Assembly: GCF_009914755.1 (NCBI RefSeq)
Contig: NC_060942.1
From: the human T2T-CHM13v2.0 reference genome, Homo sapiens
Reading direction: 5' to 3' (one strand)
DNA: 64,000 bases
Shown: one piece after another, positions 29,316 through 42,335 of the stretch
How the letters are laid out: the number at the start of each line of letters is the position of its first letter
How positions within the stretch are numbered: the stretch's first letter is position 1
Made by a program: the position numbers and the translations under genes
The notes under the pieces: generated by a model
Told to the model about the DNA's origin: nothing
Database searches by the model: none
What the model saw: the letters and a program-made list of their open reading frames with translations, nothing else

Positions 29316-30044
29316 GTAGCCCTCATCAAATAGAAAATACTATAATAAGGAAAGAGAAACATAGAGAATAGTTCAGGTAGGGAGTTTATTATAAGTAAAA
29401 ACACAGAGTTAGCAATGTCCAAGTTGTGTTTAGAAGATGTTGCATAGGTTAGTTTTGTCAAGAAGAAAGTTTGCATACATAAGAACAGGTAAAAAGACTG
29501 GTGAGAAATGTGGTGCATTAGGTTAAAACCTTGAACATTAATATTAATAGATATCATTTAAAAAGCACAAATAAGGTGCCCAGAACCATAAGCAATACAT
29601 TTGGAAATACTTAATCTTTACAACAACCCTGTGAAGTAGGGAAAATGAACACAGAGATTCATGATAGAGCAAGTAGCTACATCTTCAAACCAGGGCTTAT
29701 TTTGTTTACCATTACAGTCTATGGAAGATAGTGATATATTACTGAATTGGGGAAAAAGATGATATATGCAATTTGTTTTTTAAAAAACACTAATCCAAAA
29801 CTAATTAGTACATAGAATGCTTTGAAATGAAGTGTCTGAATATAGAAGACTTGCTGTATGACTTGATATACTATCTAAATAATTTATAAGACTTGTTGTA
29901 CTACCTAAGTAGTTTATAACAAGTGGCAAAGGTTCAAGTAGAATTATACAACGTGTAAAAGAAAGAAATTTTAAAGATATTATTAAAGATATTATGATGA
30001 AAATAATAATAGACTAGGAAGACTGATTAGATGTGAAAGAGTAG

Positions 30045-30455
<411 letters not shown>

Positions 30456-31115
30456 AGCAATGCTAGTTTTAATAGACTACTGAAGATATGCACTTTAACT
30501 GAACTGATTTTAAAATGATGAAAGACTTTAAGGTAAATCATTCCAGCAAGTGATAATCCAAAATGAGCTGTAAAGATGATACATATTTGAGATTCACTAA
30601 TTTAAAAGGTTGTAGTGGCCACCAAATTATTTTCTGAGTATTTCTGTCTTGTACCATTACCACTTTTATCAACACTGATTCTACCATCCATATACATAGT
30701 TTCACAGAAATCACCATTTTGTAAAATATGACACAGACTATACTTATTTAGTTCATGAGTAAGCAACTGACAAAAGCTGAGCCAGTAAATATTTTCCCCA
30801 TACATTTGGAATTGAGACCAAACAGCCTCTGTACAGCAAGGCTTATCTCACTCAAAGAGGAGAATAGAAGAGGAGAATAAAATAGTGATGTCTGTTTTCC
30901 AGGATGTCCATTGGTAAACAAAGAAAGATTGCTTGGAGCAAAAGCAAATAATAAACCAGATATATAAAAAGAAGTAGAGATTGGAGGCAGAAAAAGAATG
31001 TTCTGTGCCATGAATCACTCCTTTAGTCTATGTCTGAGGATAAGCTGTAACTCTGCCTTGGAGGCCCTGGAGAAACCTTATAATATCCTAATAAGAAATG
31101 GTTCTCTTTATGCAA

Positions 31116-31302
31116 AAGGTTTGCCAGATTTGGCAAATAAAACTAGAGAACTCTCAGTTAAATTTGAATGTCAGGTAAATGAAGACTTTTTTAGTATAAG
31201 TATGTCCCGTGCAATGTTTGGATATATTTATGTTTAAAACTATTAGTTGTTTATCTAAACTTCACATTTTACTGGATGGCCTGTATTTATCTAGCAACTC
31301 TA
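31116..31302. mobile_element. MER53 palindromic hAT MITE
   Basis: ggtttgccagatttggcaaataaaa...cagttaaatttgaa...ttttagtataagtatgtccc...ttgtttatct...ctgtatttatctagcaactcta; the arms are self-complementary. Confidence 0.85.
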
Positions 31303-31579
31303 TTTAGAGTTGAGTCATCTAGAGTTGGTTACTGTTTCCTTTTGTGTGTGTGTGTGTGTGTAACCAAAATACAACTAAAATTGAATTGTTGTGGTTATGA
31401 GAAATGGTGGCATTTCTGAGAAAAGAAGACAAGTCTGATAACTGAATCTTGAAAGAAACCCCTAATCAATTCTGTGATTTCCTAATTTACTGACCAATCA
31501 AAGCATTGGAATGTCTGCCTTGGCCAGTTTTTAAAAATATGATGTTGTTCATATAACTGTACTTGGGTCATTCATCAAA

Positions 31580-31700
31580 ATCAAAGACCTTGAGAATGAA
31601 GATCATGTCATTTGTGTGCATGTGTGTGTGTCCCATAACACGTAATTCAAGCTTGATCACACAATGAACACTAAATAAATACTAGTAAGATTGAAATGTT
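31580..31700 (+). mobile_element. L2 3'-end remnant
   Basis: ccttgagaatgaagatcatgtc...acactaaataaatac. Confidence 0.45.
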
Positions 31701-32789
31701 CATCATATAGTTTACAGGCATCATTAGCTCTCTTTTTTCCTACTCTGGTTTTTGCTCCCTATGCTCTAAAGTATATTTGAGATTCTTTGAAAGTTGAGAA
31801 GCCCTAAAGGCCCTCACAATGTTAAAATTGCATTAAAATGAAGAAGAAGAAAGATGTCCGGGGTGGGGTGGGAAACAAAAGCCCAAAGAAAAATCTGAAA
31901 GAAAATCCAGCCTTTTCACTAAACACTTCAAGCTCGCCCGCTTCAGCCTCTGCAGGCAGCAATTACATTTCGAAGGAAAATGTTTTACAATTGTAATTAC
32001 ACATAATAGGAGGAATGTATTTTTCCTTCATCCTACTCCCATGGCGAGTCAATTTAATTTTTAAATACAAGAGACATAATTGATTTTAGCCCTAGATTAG
32101 TGCTGAAAATGATCTGTATGTGTTCTCGCTAATGGAACAAGAGAATTGGTCCTCCTTGGAGACTTTTACCCAAACCTGTTCATGCAACAATTACTAGAGT
32201 CTGACAGGTTAGTGTTCAAGGAGAGTGATGTGGGAGGGAAACACCCCACTGTTTAACAATTGAGCAAAATAATTAATATTATGCTCTTCTCAGTTAATTA
32301 TAGATTAGGCACAAATATATTATCATCATAGAGGCCACAAAGTGATGAGATTGCTCAGAGGAGCCTTTGCCTGTTCACCAGAAAATGGGCATTCTGTGAG
32401 GGTTTCAGGGCAAACCTATTTCTTGATGGGGTTCTCATGGGAGGGGATGGATTAGAGATGAACTCATTTTTTTTTCAGTTTTCAGTAATGACAGCCCTAT
32501 CTCTTATCTGGCAATGAATTTTCCATCTGCTTCTCTACCCAACTGCCAGGCAGCTGATGGGTGACTGAAGTAGAACAGCTTAAGGCAAAGCTATGAAATA
32601 GGCAGTTTATGCTCTGCCATTTTGCCATCAAAACAAGCCCTTAAGCACAAATTCTGAGTTCAATTCTTACTCTTACTGAGTTGTCAACTAATCCCCCTCT
32701 AAAGCAGGATTAGTAACTGGGATGTTAGCTTCTAAGACTATAATTCCCAGGTGTATTTGCATTTTAATCAAAGACTCCAAGAAGGCCGA

Positions 32790-32985
32790 ATGGGCATGGA
32801 CCCATCACTGGCAAGGTAGTGCGGAGACCTAGGATCCAGCTCACACCAGTCCATTTACCAGCCAGGTAACTTCTAAGCTATGAAACAGGATTATGCTCAC
32901 CTCATGAAATTGCTGCAATAATTAAGTAAATTATGTAGTATATTGTGACTATCACAAGCAGGGTGCTCAACACCTTTGAATATGT
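32790..32985 (+). mobile_element. MIR remnant
   Basis: ggagacctaggatccagctc...ccatttaccagc...acctcatgaaattgctgcaataattaag. Confidence 0.5.
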
Positions 32986-33029
32986 CTTAAGGTGGGAGAA
33001 TAACTCTTCAGGTCTGAAAGAAAAGAAGC

Positions 33030-33155
33030 TACAGTGATGATGCTGCGTGACCCTGGAGAGTCACTTCACCTGTTAGGGCTTCAGTTGCATCACTTTTAAA
33101 AGAAGAATGCTTATCTATGTTCTATCTAAGTTCCTTTTCCCTTATAAAGTTCCAA
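33030..33155 (+). mobile_element. MIR/MIR3 remnant
   Basis: gctgcgtgaccctggagagtcacttcacctgttagggcttcagtt. Confidence 0.6.
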
Positions 33156-34654
33156 AACTTTATTTCTGCAAATTACTAGTGCTCTCCTTGGTAGCACACA
33201 CACAGGTGAGGACATGTAATCACGGGACACCCAGCCCTTACAGTAGTGAATAAAGACAGGCTTTCAAAACATTTGTTTAAATATGACTACCTCTTAAATA
33301 TGGGCTGTGTTCACATTTGGGCATTTGCAGTTGGAAGTTAGAAATAGTGGGGGAGATGTGTCCATGCAAATTTACTGGGGAAATGGAACAAGGAAGGGGC
33401 TGAAGTAACAGTAAATTCTCTCAACTTCAACTGGCTAGAAAGCTAATTTACAAGTCCTGCCTCTATTAAACTTTTTGACAGCCCTAATTCACTGATAGAT
33501 TTGGAGCATATGGTAAAATCTCACAACCAACTGACCTGAGATGCAAGATCTCCGAGGTCTTGCATCAACCTGCCATATGATTTTACATCAATCAAAGCAT
33601 GGCAGTTTACAGACATTTTGAGAAATGAAAAGATAGCATGTATTTCTCTTTGTGTGTCTATGTCCGTGGATGTCCCTGTGTGTGTACATTTGTAAATCTG
33701 TGTCTATCTCTGTCTGTTGTGCCTGTTTTCTTTCCCAAATAGATTATCTTTGGTAGATTTAGGAATCATATAGCTTGTCCTTAATGTGTCTATTCAATAT
33801 AAGGAAAATTATCTGTATTGCTAGGAAAGTCTACAATTCACTGAATAGCCAAATTACTTATGAGTGGTTTAATGTACCTTTAATGTTCAAACTCATACAC
33901 CCAAGCATACTCACCGGAGTTTGAAATGGTGGTAAGCTGGGCCCACGAACTCCACTACAACCCCTAGAGAAAGCCATAGGCCGTGTAAAAATGATTGTTC
34001 CATTCTAGTTCGCATGACCAGATTCCTTCAACACCAACTGACTAGCCCAAAGGCTCTTTACTTTGGCTTCCTTATTACAAATGCATTCCTATAAAGTTCA
34101 AAAGATACTGAGGGCTTAAAAAATTCTAAAACGAGCAATTATGAATATTATACTAAAATAGCTCATGCATAGGTTGAAATAGTGGTCACTTATTTGGCAC
34201 AATATTAGAAGTGATTATCCTCTTGAAGAATTTCAATTTCTCACATTTCTCACCTCGATGAATAGGTGAGCAATATTCACTTTAAGGACATTAATGTATC
34301 CTTAATGAATTATTATTGAAATTGTATGGAAATGGGAATTGTTTGTGAAGAAATCAACATTTGCTCATTTTGCTCAGGCAAAAATTCAGATGCTAGGTAA
34401 ATCAATCAAATGCTCCCTTGAAGGAGCGCAGCATGGAGGCTTATAACTGTGAAACCTTCATTTAAAAAAAGTTACTTATGTGTGTCAGACCAGTGTAATG
34501 ATAATGGAGTAGGTATTTTAAATCATTTGAAGGGATAAGAGAAACTTTAATTTCAGTAGAATTAAACATTGGGTCCCCCTTCTTATATCATTTACATAAC
34601 AAATTAATTAAAATATATTTGCTTTTTGAAGTCATTATTTGAATAGTCACATTA

Positions 34655-35005
<351 letters not shown>

Positions 35006-35334
35006 CTAGAATAAAGATAAGAATCTGTGAATGGATGAACTGTCTGTTCTGTGCAAGACGTTGCACCTGCTTTCCTCAAGTGGATGTTCTGGAAGTAAGT
35101 TTCACAATCATCTTTGGTTGTGTTTACAAAATAATCACTTTCAGACTCAAAGGAATCACTTCTTTTTCTAAATATTTTGCATTCTAGCTTGTTGGCACAT
35201 CTACTCCTTTGACTTCTACTGTATTGTTCTCTTCCTCTGACATTTAGCTTCCTGGGTAAGAATATTTGAAACTCTGAGACAGTGGCTACAGGCTCACAGA
35301 ATTCCATTTGAAGATATTTCCCCTTGTGTCTCTC

Positions 35335-35462
35335 TCTCTCTTCCTAATAGAATACAAGTTTCTTGAGAATTAGACTTATGTCTTATTTAAATTCTCCACA
35401 GCTCTTAACATTATGTCGTCTAGATAATAGGCAATCAATAAATATTAGTTGAATCAATGAAT
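35335..35462 (+). mobile_element. L2 3' end
   Basis: tagaatacaagtttcttgagaattagacttatgtcttattt...taggcaatcaataaatattagttgaatcaatgaat. Confidence 0.7.
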
Positions 35463-35594
35463 TCATTATCTGTTCAGGGTTAAGAGTGCAAAAAGGCATG
35501 CAGTGGCCAAGCGATTGAGCGGAGCCCATTTCTGCAATGATAGAAACTGTATTATTGGCTTCATTAACACCTGAATGACTGAACTGATTACTAT

Positions 35595-35785
35595 CTATAA
35601 TGATTAGAAACTTTTTTCTGCCCAGGGCACTGTGCTTAGCACTTGTCATCATTATATATTTACAAGGAATCTGAATAGCAGCTTATACTTACTTTACAGC
35701 TAAAGAGGAAACTCAGGCACAGACTGATTTAGTAACTGGGCCAAGGTCACACAGTGAGCAAGCGTCAGAGTCAGGTTTCTACCAT
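35595..35785 (-). mobile_element. MIR
   Basis: ggcactgtgcttagcactt...gaggaaactcaggcacaga...ccaaggtcacacag. Confidence 0.75.
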
Positions 35786-36229
35786 CTGCCATTCTATTTT
35801 AATGGGAATGCAATTGCCTCTATTCTGTCACCTCTAGAACATGTCTGGTCAACAATCCCTTAACTGAGTTTCCCCATTGTATCAGTACTACAGTAAGAAT
35901 AAATGCATATTCCAATTGGATTAATTTGAGGAGACTTCAGTAAGTGCACAGTTTATAAAAACCCTTAAGAAATAGGTATGAAAAAAATTCTACAGGGGTA
36001 ATGTAGTACCTTGAGGTTAGTTACTCCTGTCACAAAAATGAGCATTCAAAGGTTGGAAATAGTCACTGGAACCTGGAGACAAAGACACTCTATGGAGAGC
36101 TCCTCACCCACCACCAACCCCCTTTCTTCCTACCCTTTCCTCACACCCACTGTCTGGAGGGGTGATGTGCAGTTGAGTGGTAAGGCCAGACTGAGGTGAC
36201 CCAACAGGGAAGAAAATAAGGGAACAAAC

Positions 36230-36380
36230 TCTGATCTGCCAGTGCTTTTCATTGGTCATATCCAAGAGTGATGGGTTCTATTTGTGGGATTCACATAAAT
36301 CAGTTTCCCAGAAGACAGAGCAGGTAGAAAATGATGGAGAGTGGACCCGGAGGAGCAAACAGAAGGTTTCAAGAAAACCT
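36230..36380 (-). mobile_element. MLT1-type LTR terminal fragment (tentative)
   Basis: acagagcaggtagaaaatgatggagagtggacccggaggagcaaacagaa. Confidence 0.45.
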
Positions 36381-37755
36381 ATCACATGACATAAGTAAAA
36401 AATAGAATTGTGCTCTGTGATTTGAGGTCTTTGGGGGCTGGGGAATCTATGAAACAGGGTAAATCTTGGCTAACTTTAAAAAAAAGAAATTTATAAAGTT
36501 ATAAAAAATAATTGTTCACTGCTGAGTTCAATTTAAGCCTTTTTTTTAATTAAAGGAATGGCATCAAGAGCAAACTTATAATGCACCCAAGATATTAATT
36601 GGAAAGCAGTTGTAACTAAGAATGAGGGCAGAGAAATAATGGCAGCACATTTAGCACAGTGGGTAGCTCTGCTTCGTCAGATCAAAATGGCCCCCAGACT
36701 GGGAGGGATGCATTTCAATTCCACTTTAACAGTCATGGTACCCTGGAGGAGGAGTGGAAAAATGCCAGCTAACATTTTTAATGTTGCCCTCTAGAGTCAG
36801 TATTTCTTTTCTTTCAATGCAACCCTTTGCTCTACTCAACCTACAGACTCAAAATGTTCTTACCGGCTCAAATCCTAATTACTATTACTTTCTCAGCTGT
36901 GACACCAGATCAGTTTCTGCTGACCTCAGAGTGTCTCTTCTTTGCATCCTAGGAGCTCCTTTAATCTGCGCTATCTACCACCCACACTCTGGGTGCCCAG
37001 CATGAGTCAGCATGACTGTCATGGTTTGGTTAGTGAATTGATAGAAACACTCAATATATGCATAAATACCTAAATGAATCGATAATTTGGAAATAACATA
37101 TTTTCCTACGGGTGAAAATAGCCAGAGAGCAGGAATGGAAGGTAGACGGGAGCCAGTTCTTTGGCTTTAAAACTTATCTATTGTACAATTAAAACCTATA
37201 GTTTTTGAGTGGCTGTTTTAAAAGCATCTTAGTTACATATTCCTAGTATTAATGAAATATCTGAGTTCAGACAGAAAGAAGTGAGGAGAGAAAGTGAGGG
37301 ACATAGGCGTCTGTAGGAACTGGGTGGAGAGAGAGAGAAGGGTTAATGACAAACACTGAAGCCTTCCCTGAATGTTATTTCTTAAAGAGTAGAAAAGGGT
37401 AATGTTTGGATGGAGCCAAAGACAAACTATTGAAACACGGGGTCAGTAGACGGCAACTTAATAAGACTATTTAGCTAATTTGCCCCAAAATTTGCTGAGA
37501 CTTTTTTTTTTTAAGATAAGAACTTTCAACCTATAAAGAAACCAAAGGTTTAGATCTAAAGGGAAGAATAATTCCACCACAAGGTTTACACTGTGAACTA
37601 AGCCATCTTAGGCAACTACAGATATGTATCTCAACCACTGCCTCTGCATGGGTAATTTTCTTAGCAAGTGGGTCCAAATTGCCCCATTTTTTCTTGGAAT
37701 TCTTTATAGCTTCTTACATTTTTAATAAAATACGATTTTTAAAACTCCTCATGGG

Positions 37756-37793
37756 TTTTTTTGTTTGTTTGTTTTTTTTTTTTTTTTTTTTTT
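37756..37793. repeat. Poly-T/(TTTG)n tract
   Basis: tttttttgtttgtttgtttttttttttttttttttttt. Confidence 0.85.
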
Positions 37794-38670
37794 GCTTTTT
37801 ACCTGTGCATGCTTTGAAGAAGAAAAGAGCTCTGTTTTATTGTTTGTTTTACTTTCCTTGCTTGTGTTTTCTATTTGGGACAAGGTTGCTTTAGATACAG
37901 TATACGCAAAACTGCTAGCTACTGGTCTTATCATACACCTAGAATATATGGAATTTGGAGTGGACACGAAAAATGGCAAGTCAGAATTAGCGTGATTCTG
38001 GGTCACTTAGTGTGTTTACTATTGAGCTTTCAGACTATTCCACCTGGGAGTTATGGTATCTTGCTTCTACTGGATTTATGCATACTGCAAAACACCGACC
38101 CATTCATCCTTTGTCCTCAGCTTCCACCTAAACTGTTGGCTATCAGTTAACAACATCAGATGCTAGTTATAAATTTCTCTTCCATGTCAGGACTCAGAAC
38201 AGCTTAGGGTAACAACTTTTCTTAGAAAAATTGAAATTTTTCCCTAGATATAAAAGTAGATGTGTAAGATTCTATATAAAAAAGAAAATATATAAAGCAT
38301 GCTTTTCTAAATCAAGGATGAATGGATTATGTTTTCAGTAGAGATAATTCAGTTAGAGTTGCCTTCGGTTTAAGAATTCTGAAAGCTGTTTTAGGAATCT
38401 AACCCCTTTCCGTAGTAAAGGCCAGACATGAACTATGTCTGATAAGAATCTACTTCTTTTGACAAAGACTTAGCTATTTCTCTGGGAACTAATTTTAACA
38501 CTTAACCACCATCCTTGCCATTATCTATTAGTCTTTTAGGCTAATACTTTCTCACACTTGGTTTACTTCAGTTTCCCCTATTTGTTTTCTAACAGTGAGA
38601 ATAAACAGACCTTTAAAAATTGGAAATAAAGTAAAATTTTTATGGCATATACTTCTGCCAATTTGGGTTG

Positions 38671-39367
38671 CATGCCAACCTCTAGCATGTGCAGGGCTTA
38701 AGAGTAGAATTAGAGGTTCACACACTTTATGTCTAAATATTTAAATGTTGTAAGTCAAACTGATAATATAATAAGTAACCATGTTCTATCTTACTACCTT
38801 GAAAAATGCATTTTCATAATGACCAAGAAGACCAAGTTTGATTTGAGAGTTTTTCAATTTCTTGAAGCTTCACAGGAGAATAATAAATGGAGACAGAGCC
38901 CCCTGGTCCCTGACACACAGCTGTTCCTTCTTTCATCTTCTCATTTACCTGGACCACTACTCCTGGCTCAGTCTTGAAGTGTCAGAGAACCTGTGTCCAT
39001 ATTTGTGGATACTCAGCCTGTATGACTAACCCCTGTCTGTCCTCTTATAAGAGGTGGCCTCTTGGTTGTCTTGAGCCTCAGAGTATACTCACTAGTACTA
39101 AGGCATAGTGTCAGAAGAAAGGAGCCAGGGAAGAGTGGGACACAGGGTCTGAAGCAAGTCTAGGACCCTATGGACAGGACATTCCAGGGTCCCAGGACCT
39201 GAGGAGTTGTCTAATAAGTGATGCCTATGAGCTCCTGATATAATACACTCCTCACAAACCCGAGGACTACTTACTTTATGACACAGCTGGCGAAAGGCCA
39301 GGGCAGGCTTTCTAAAGCATGGAGTCCAGGAAAAATCCCAGATTTCTTATGTCTAAGAGTGGATGTC
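38671..39367 (-). mobile_element. MER115-like hAT-Tip100 element, near full length
   Basis: atgtctaaatatttaaa...atgttctatcttactaccttga...ttcataatgacc... and the end tctaaagcatggagtccagg...gtctaagagtgg parallel the reverse MER115 consensus. Confidence 0.7.
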
Positions 39368-40172
39368 TACACTGACATTTCACTTAAAAATTTCAGCTAG
39401 ATAAAGTGATTTTTTTTCTTATGTGAAAAGGCCTGGATTCCCACATATTATAAAGTTGGGCAGGCTTTTCCTACAGCTCTAGTTATGGTATAGGTTTTCT
39501 TACCTTCAACATGTAAGAAAACAACAATATCTTCTTCTGTTGAACTTCGTCAAAACAATCTACCAAATAGATGACAGTTTAGGGAAAGATACTTTCCAAT
39601 AATCTGTAACTATCTGAGTTACCTAAATATATGGCTGAACAGTCTGCATCACTTTTGCTGGACTGGAACCAGAAGAATCTTCTCTATCCTTGACCTGGCT
39701 CACATTCTCAGGGTTTTCCCAATTCTAGCCCTAATCATGTTTGCTTAAATATAAAACACATCTATTTTAAGCATCCACAAACTCTTTTCCACTCTTATTC
39801 TCACCCTTCTTTCCATAAAGACTTTCAAAATAAAAAGCTTAAAGTGGAAGATGCCTTTATTTCCAAACTCATTTATTCAAGAAACATTTGTTTAAAATGT
39901 ACATGTAGACGCTTCTATGTTCTGGACCCACTATTTGGATTGCAGTAGGTCATATGTGTGATTTCCTTTAGGCTTCAGGTTGGATAATCTAAATTCACTG
40001 ATTATTTGTTAAAGGTCAAAGTCAAATATATAATACTTCCAAATATTTTCAAAAGGATCCATGTCTTCTTAGAGGAAAAATGGAGAACAAGAGAACAATG
40101 AGAAAATCCAAACTCCTAGGCTGAAGTTTCCCTCCTGACAGGTCCACAGATAACATAAAAGGGCTTCTCACC

Positions 40173-40470
40173 GGCCGGGCACGGTGGCTCAAGCCTGTAA
40201 GCCCAGCACTTTGGGAGGCCGAGGCAGGTGGATCATGAGGTCAGGAGATCGAGACCATCCTGGCTAACACGGTGAAACCCCGTCTTTACTAAAAATACAA
40301 AAAAAATTAGCCGGGTGTGGTGGCGGGCGCCTGTGGTACCCCAGCTACGCGGGAGGCTGAGGCAGGAGAATGGAGTGAACCTGGGAGGTGGAGCTTGCAG
40401 TGAGCCGAGATCGCGCCCATCCTGGGTGACAGAGTGAGACTCCCTCTCAAAAAAAAAAAAAAAAAAAAAA
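40173..40470 (+). mobile_element. AluY
   Basis: gatcgagaccatcctggctaacacggtg and ggagcttgcagtgagccgagatcgcgcc; TSD aaaagggcttctca(c/t)c; small right-arm deletion. Confidence 0.97.
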
Positions 40471-41167
40471 GGGCTTCTCATCCTCTATTCTTAGAATGAA
40501 ATCCTAAACCCAGAAACATAGCAGCACTATTTCCTAAGATCTATCCAAAGTTCTATTTCTATTGCAGATTTCTAGTGGCCTTTACAACGCAATGGTAGTT
40601 TTATTATAGGTAGAAATGTCTTGGAAAATTGGCGAAGGTGAGAAATTGAAATATTTTGTTTTCTTTTCTCATTTCTTGTTCCTCTTATACCTTGTGGTTC
40701 TTCCTCTCATTCTTCACAAATTATAAGTCTTCCGTTTTTTGTGGCAAAACATTTTGAAAAAGCTTTTATATTATCTATACCTCAGTATTAATTAAATTAA
40801 TTATTCATCTGTTATTGACTAATACATGAGCAATATTATAAGATTTAGGGGATTTGAAAATTCATGTTCTAGTATTGTAGGCATTTGAGGATTGCTGAGA
40901 ATTTGGAAAATTTGAGAACCAAAACTGTGTGCCACAGTTTATTGTCTGCATAAACATGATTCGGCCATAACTTCGTTTTCATTAGCATGACTTTACTATT
41001 CCAGAAGACACTTGCCAAAATAATGAAAGTTCCAAGCAACTTTATTGCTTATTTCTGAATCTTCCAAAAGACATATCAGCTCTTCAACAGAAAGCATTAA
41101 CTGACAGTTTACAACTCAGTATTTTTTAAACTCCTTGCTTCAAATGGTCACCAATCCTAAACTATTA

Positions 41168-42335
41168 CAGTCATAAATCACTTAATGATGGGGATATGTT
41201 CTGGGAAATGCATCTTCAGGCAATTTTGTTGTGTATGAACATTATAGACTGTATTTATATAATCCTAGGTGGTATAGCCTACCACATACCTAAGCTATAT
41301 GGTACAACCTATTGCTCCTAGGCTACAAATTTGTATGGCATGTTACTGTTGGCAGTGGTAACACAATGATATCTGTGGACCTAAACATAGAAACAGGGAA
41401 AGACAAGGTACAGTGAAAATATACATATAAATAGTACACTTGCATAGGGCATTTGCCATGAATGGAGCTTGCACAACTAGAAGTTGCTTTGGGTGAGTCA
41501 GCAAGTGAGTGATGAGTGAATGTGAAGGCTGGGACATTGCTATACGCTACTGTAGACTTTATACACACTGTACACTTAGGCTACATTAAAAATAAATTAA
41601 CCTTAGCTTGTCATTTTTTTCACTTTAAACTTTAAAGCTTTTTTTTTTTACTTTTTTGATTCTGCTATATTAATATTTAGCTTAAATCACAGACACTTTG
41701 TACAGCTGTGCAAAAATATTTTCTTTCTTTATATCTTTATTGTATGAGAGGTTTTTTCTTTTTAACTTCTTTGTTTTTACTTTTTTAAATTTTTTAAACT
41801 TTTTGTTAAAAACTAAGACGTAAACATGGACATTAGTCTAGGTCTACACAGAGTCAGAATCATCAATATCACTGTCTTCCACCTCCACATATTGCCCCAG
41901 TGGGAGGTCTTCAGGGGCAATAACAGGCATGGAGCTATTGTCTCCTATGACAAGAATACCTACTTCTGAAGTACCTCCTGAAGCAACTGCCTGAGGCTAT
42001 TTTACAGTTAACTTTGTTTTTTAATAAACAGGAGTCCACTCTAAAATTATAATTAAAAGTGTAGTATAGTAAACCAGTAACAGCATTTATTACCATTATC
42101 AAGTATCATTTACTAAACATAATTGTATGTGCTACTTTTTAATAAAATTGGTAATGCAGTAGGTCTGTTTACATCAGCATCACTACACACATGTGAGTAA
42201 CACCTTGCACAATGAAAGCACAATGACTACAACATCACTGGTCCATAGGAATTTTTCAGCTCCATTATAATCCTAGGGGATCACTGCTGAATATTTCATC
42301 TGTCATTGATCAAATCATTTGGCATCATATGACTA
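41168..42335. mobile_element. Tigger3 (Tigger3b/Golem-like) non-autonomous DNA transposon
   Basis: TA-cagtcat...atgacta-TA termini; ggggatatgttctgggaaatgcatc, cctattgctcctaggctaca and taggaatttttcagctccattataatc. Confidence 0.9.

Noticed and set aside
34282-34305. Near-palindrome ttaaggacattaatgtatccttaa
   Set aside because: It is short, AT-rich and needs a 2-nt bulge, so it is plausible by chance in 64 kb.
37756-38200. Poly-T tract as the tail of a minus-strand processed pseudogene
   Set aside because: No TSD found, the nearest AATAAA on the minus strand is more than 40 nt from the tract, and there is no recognisable coding homology.
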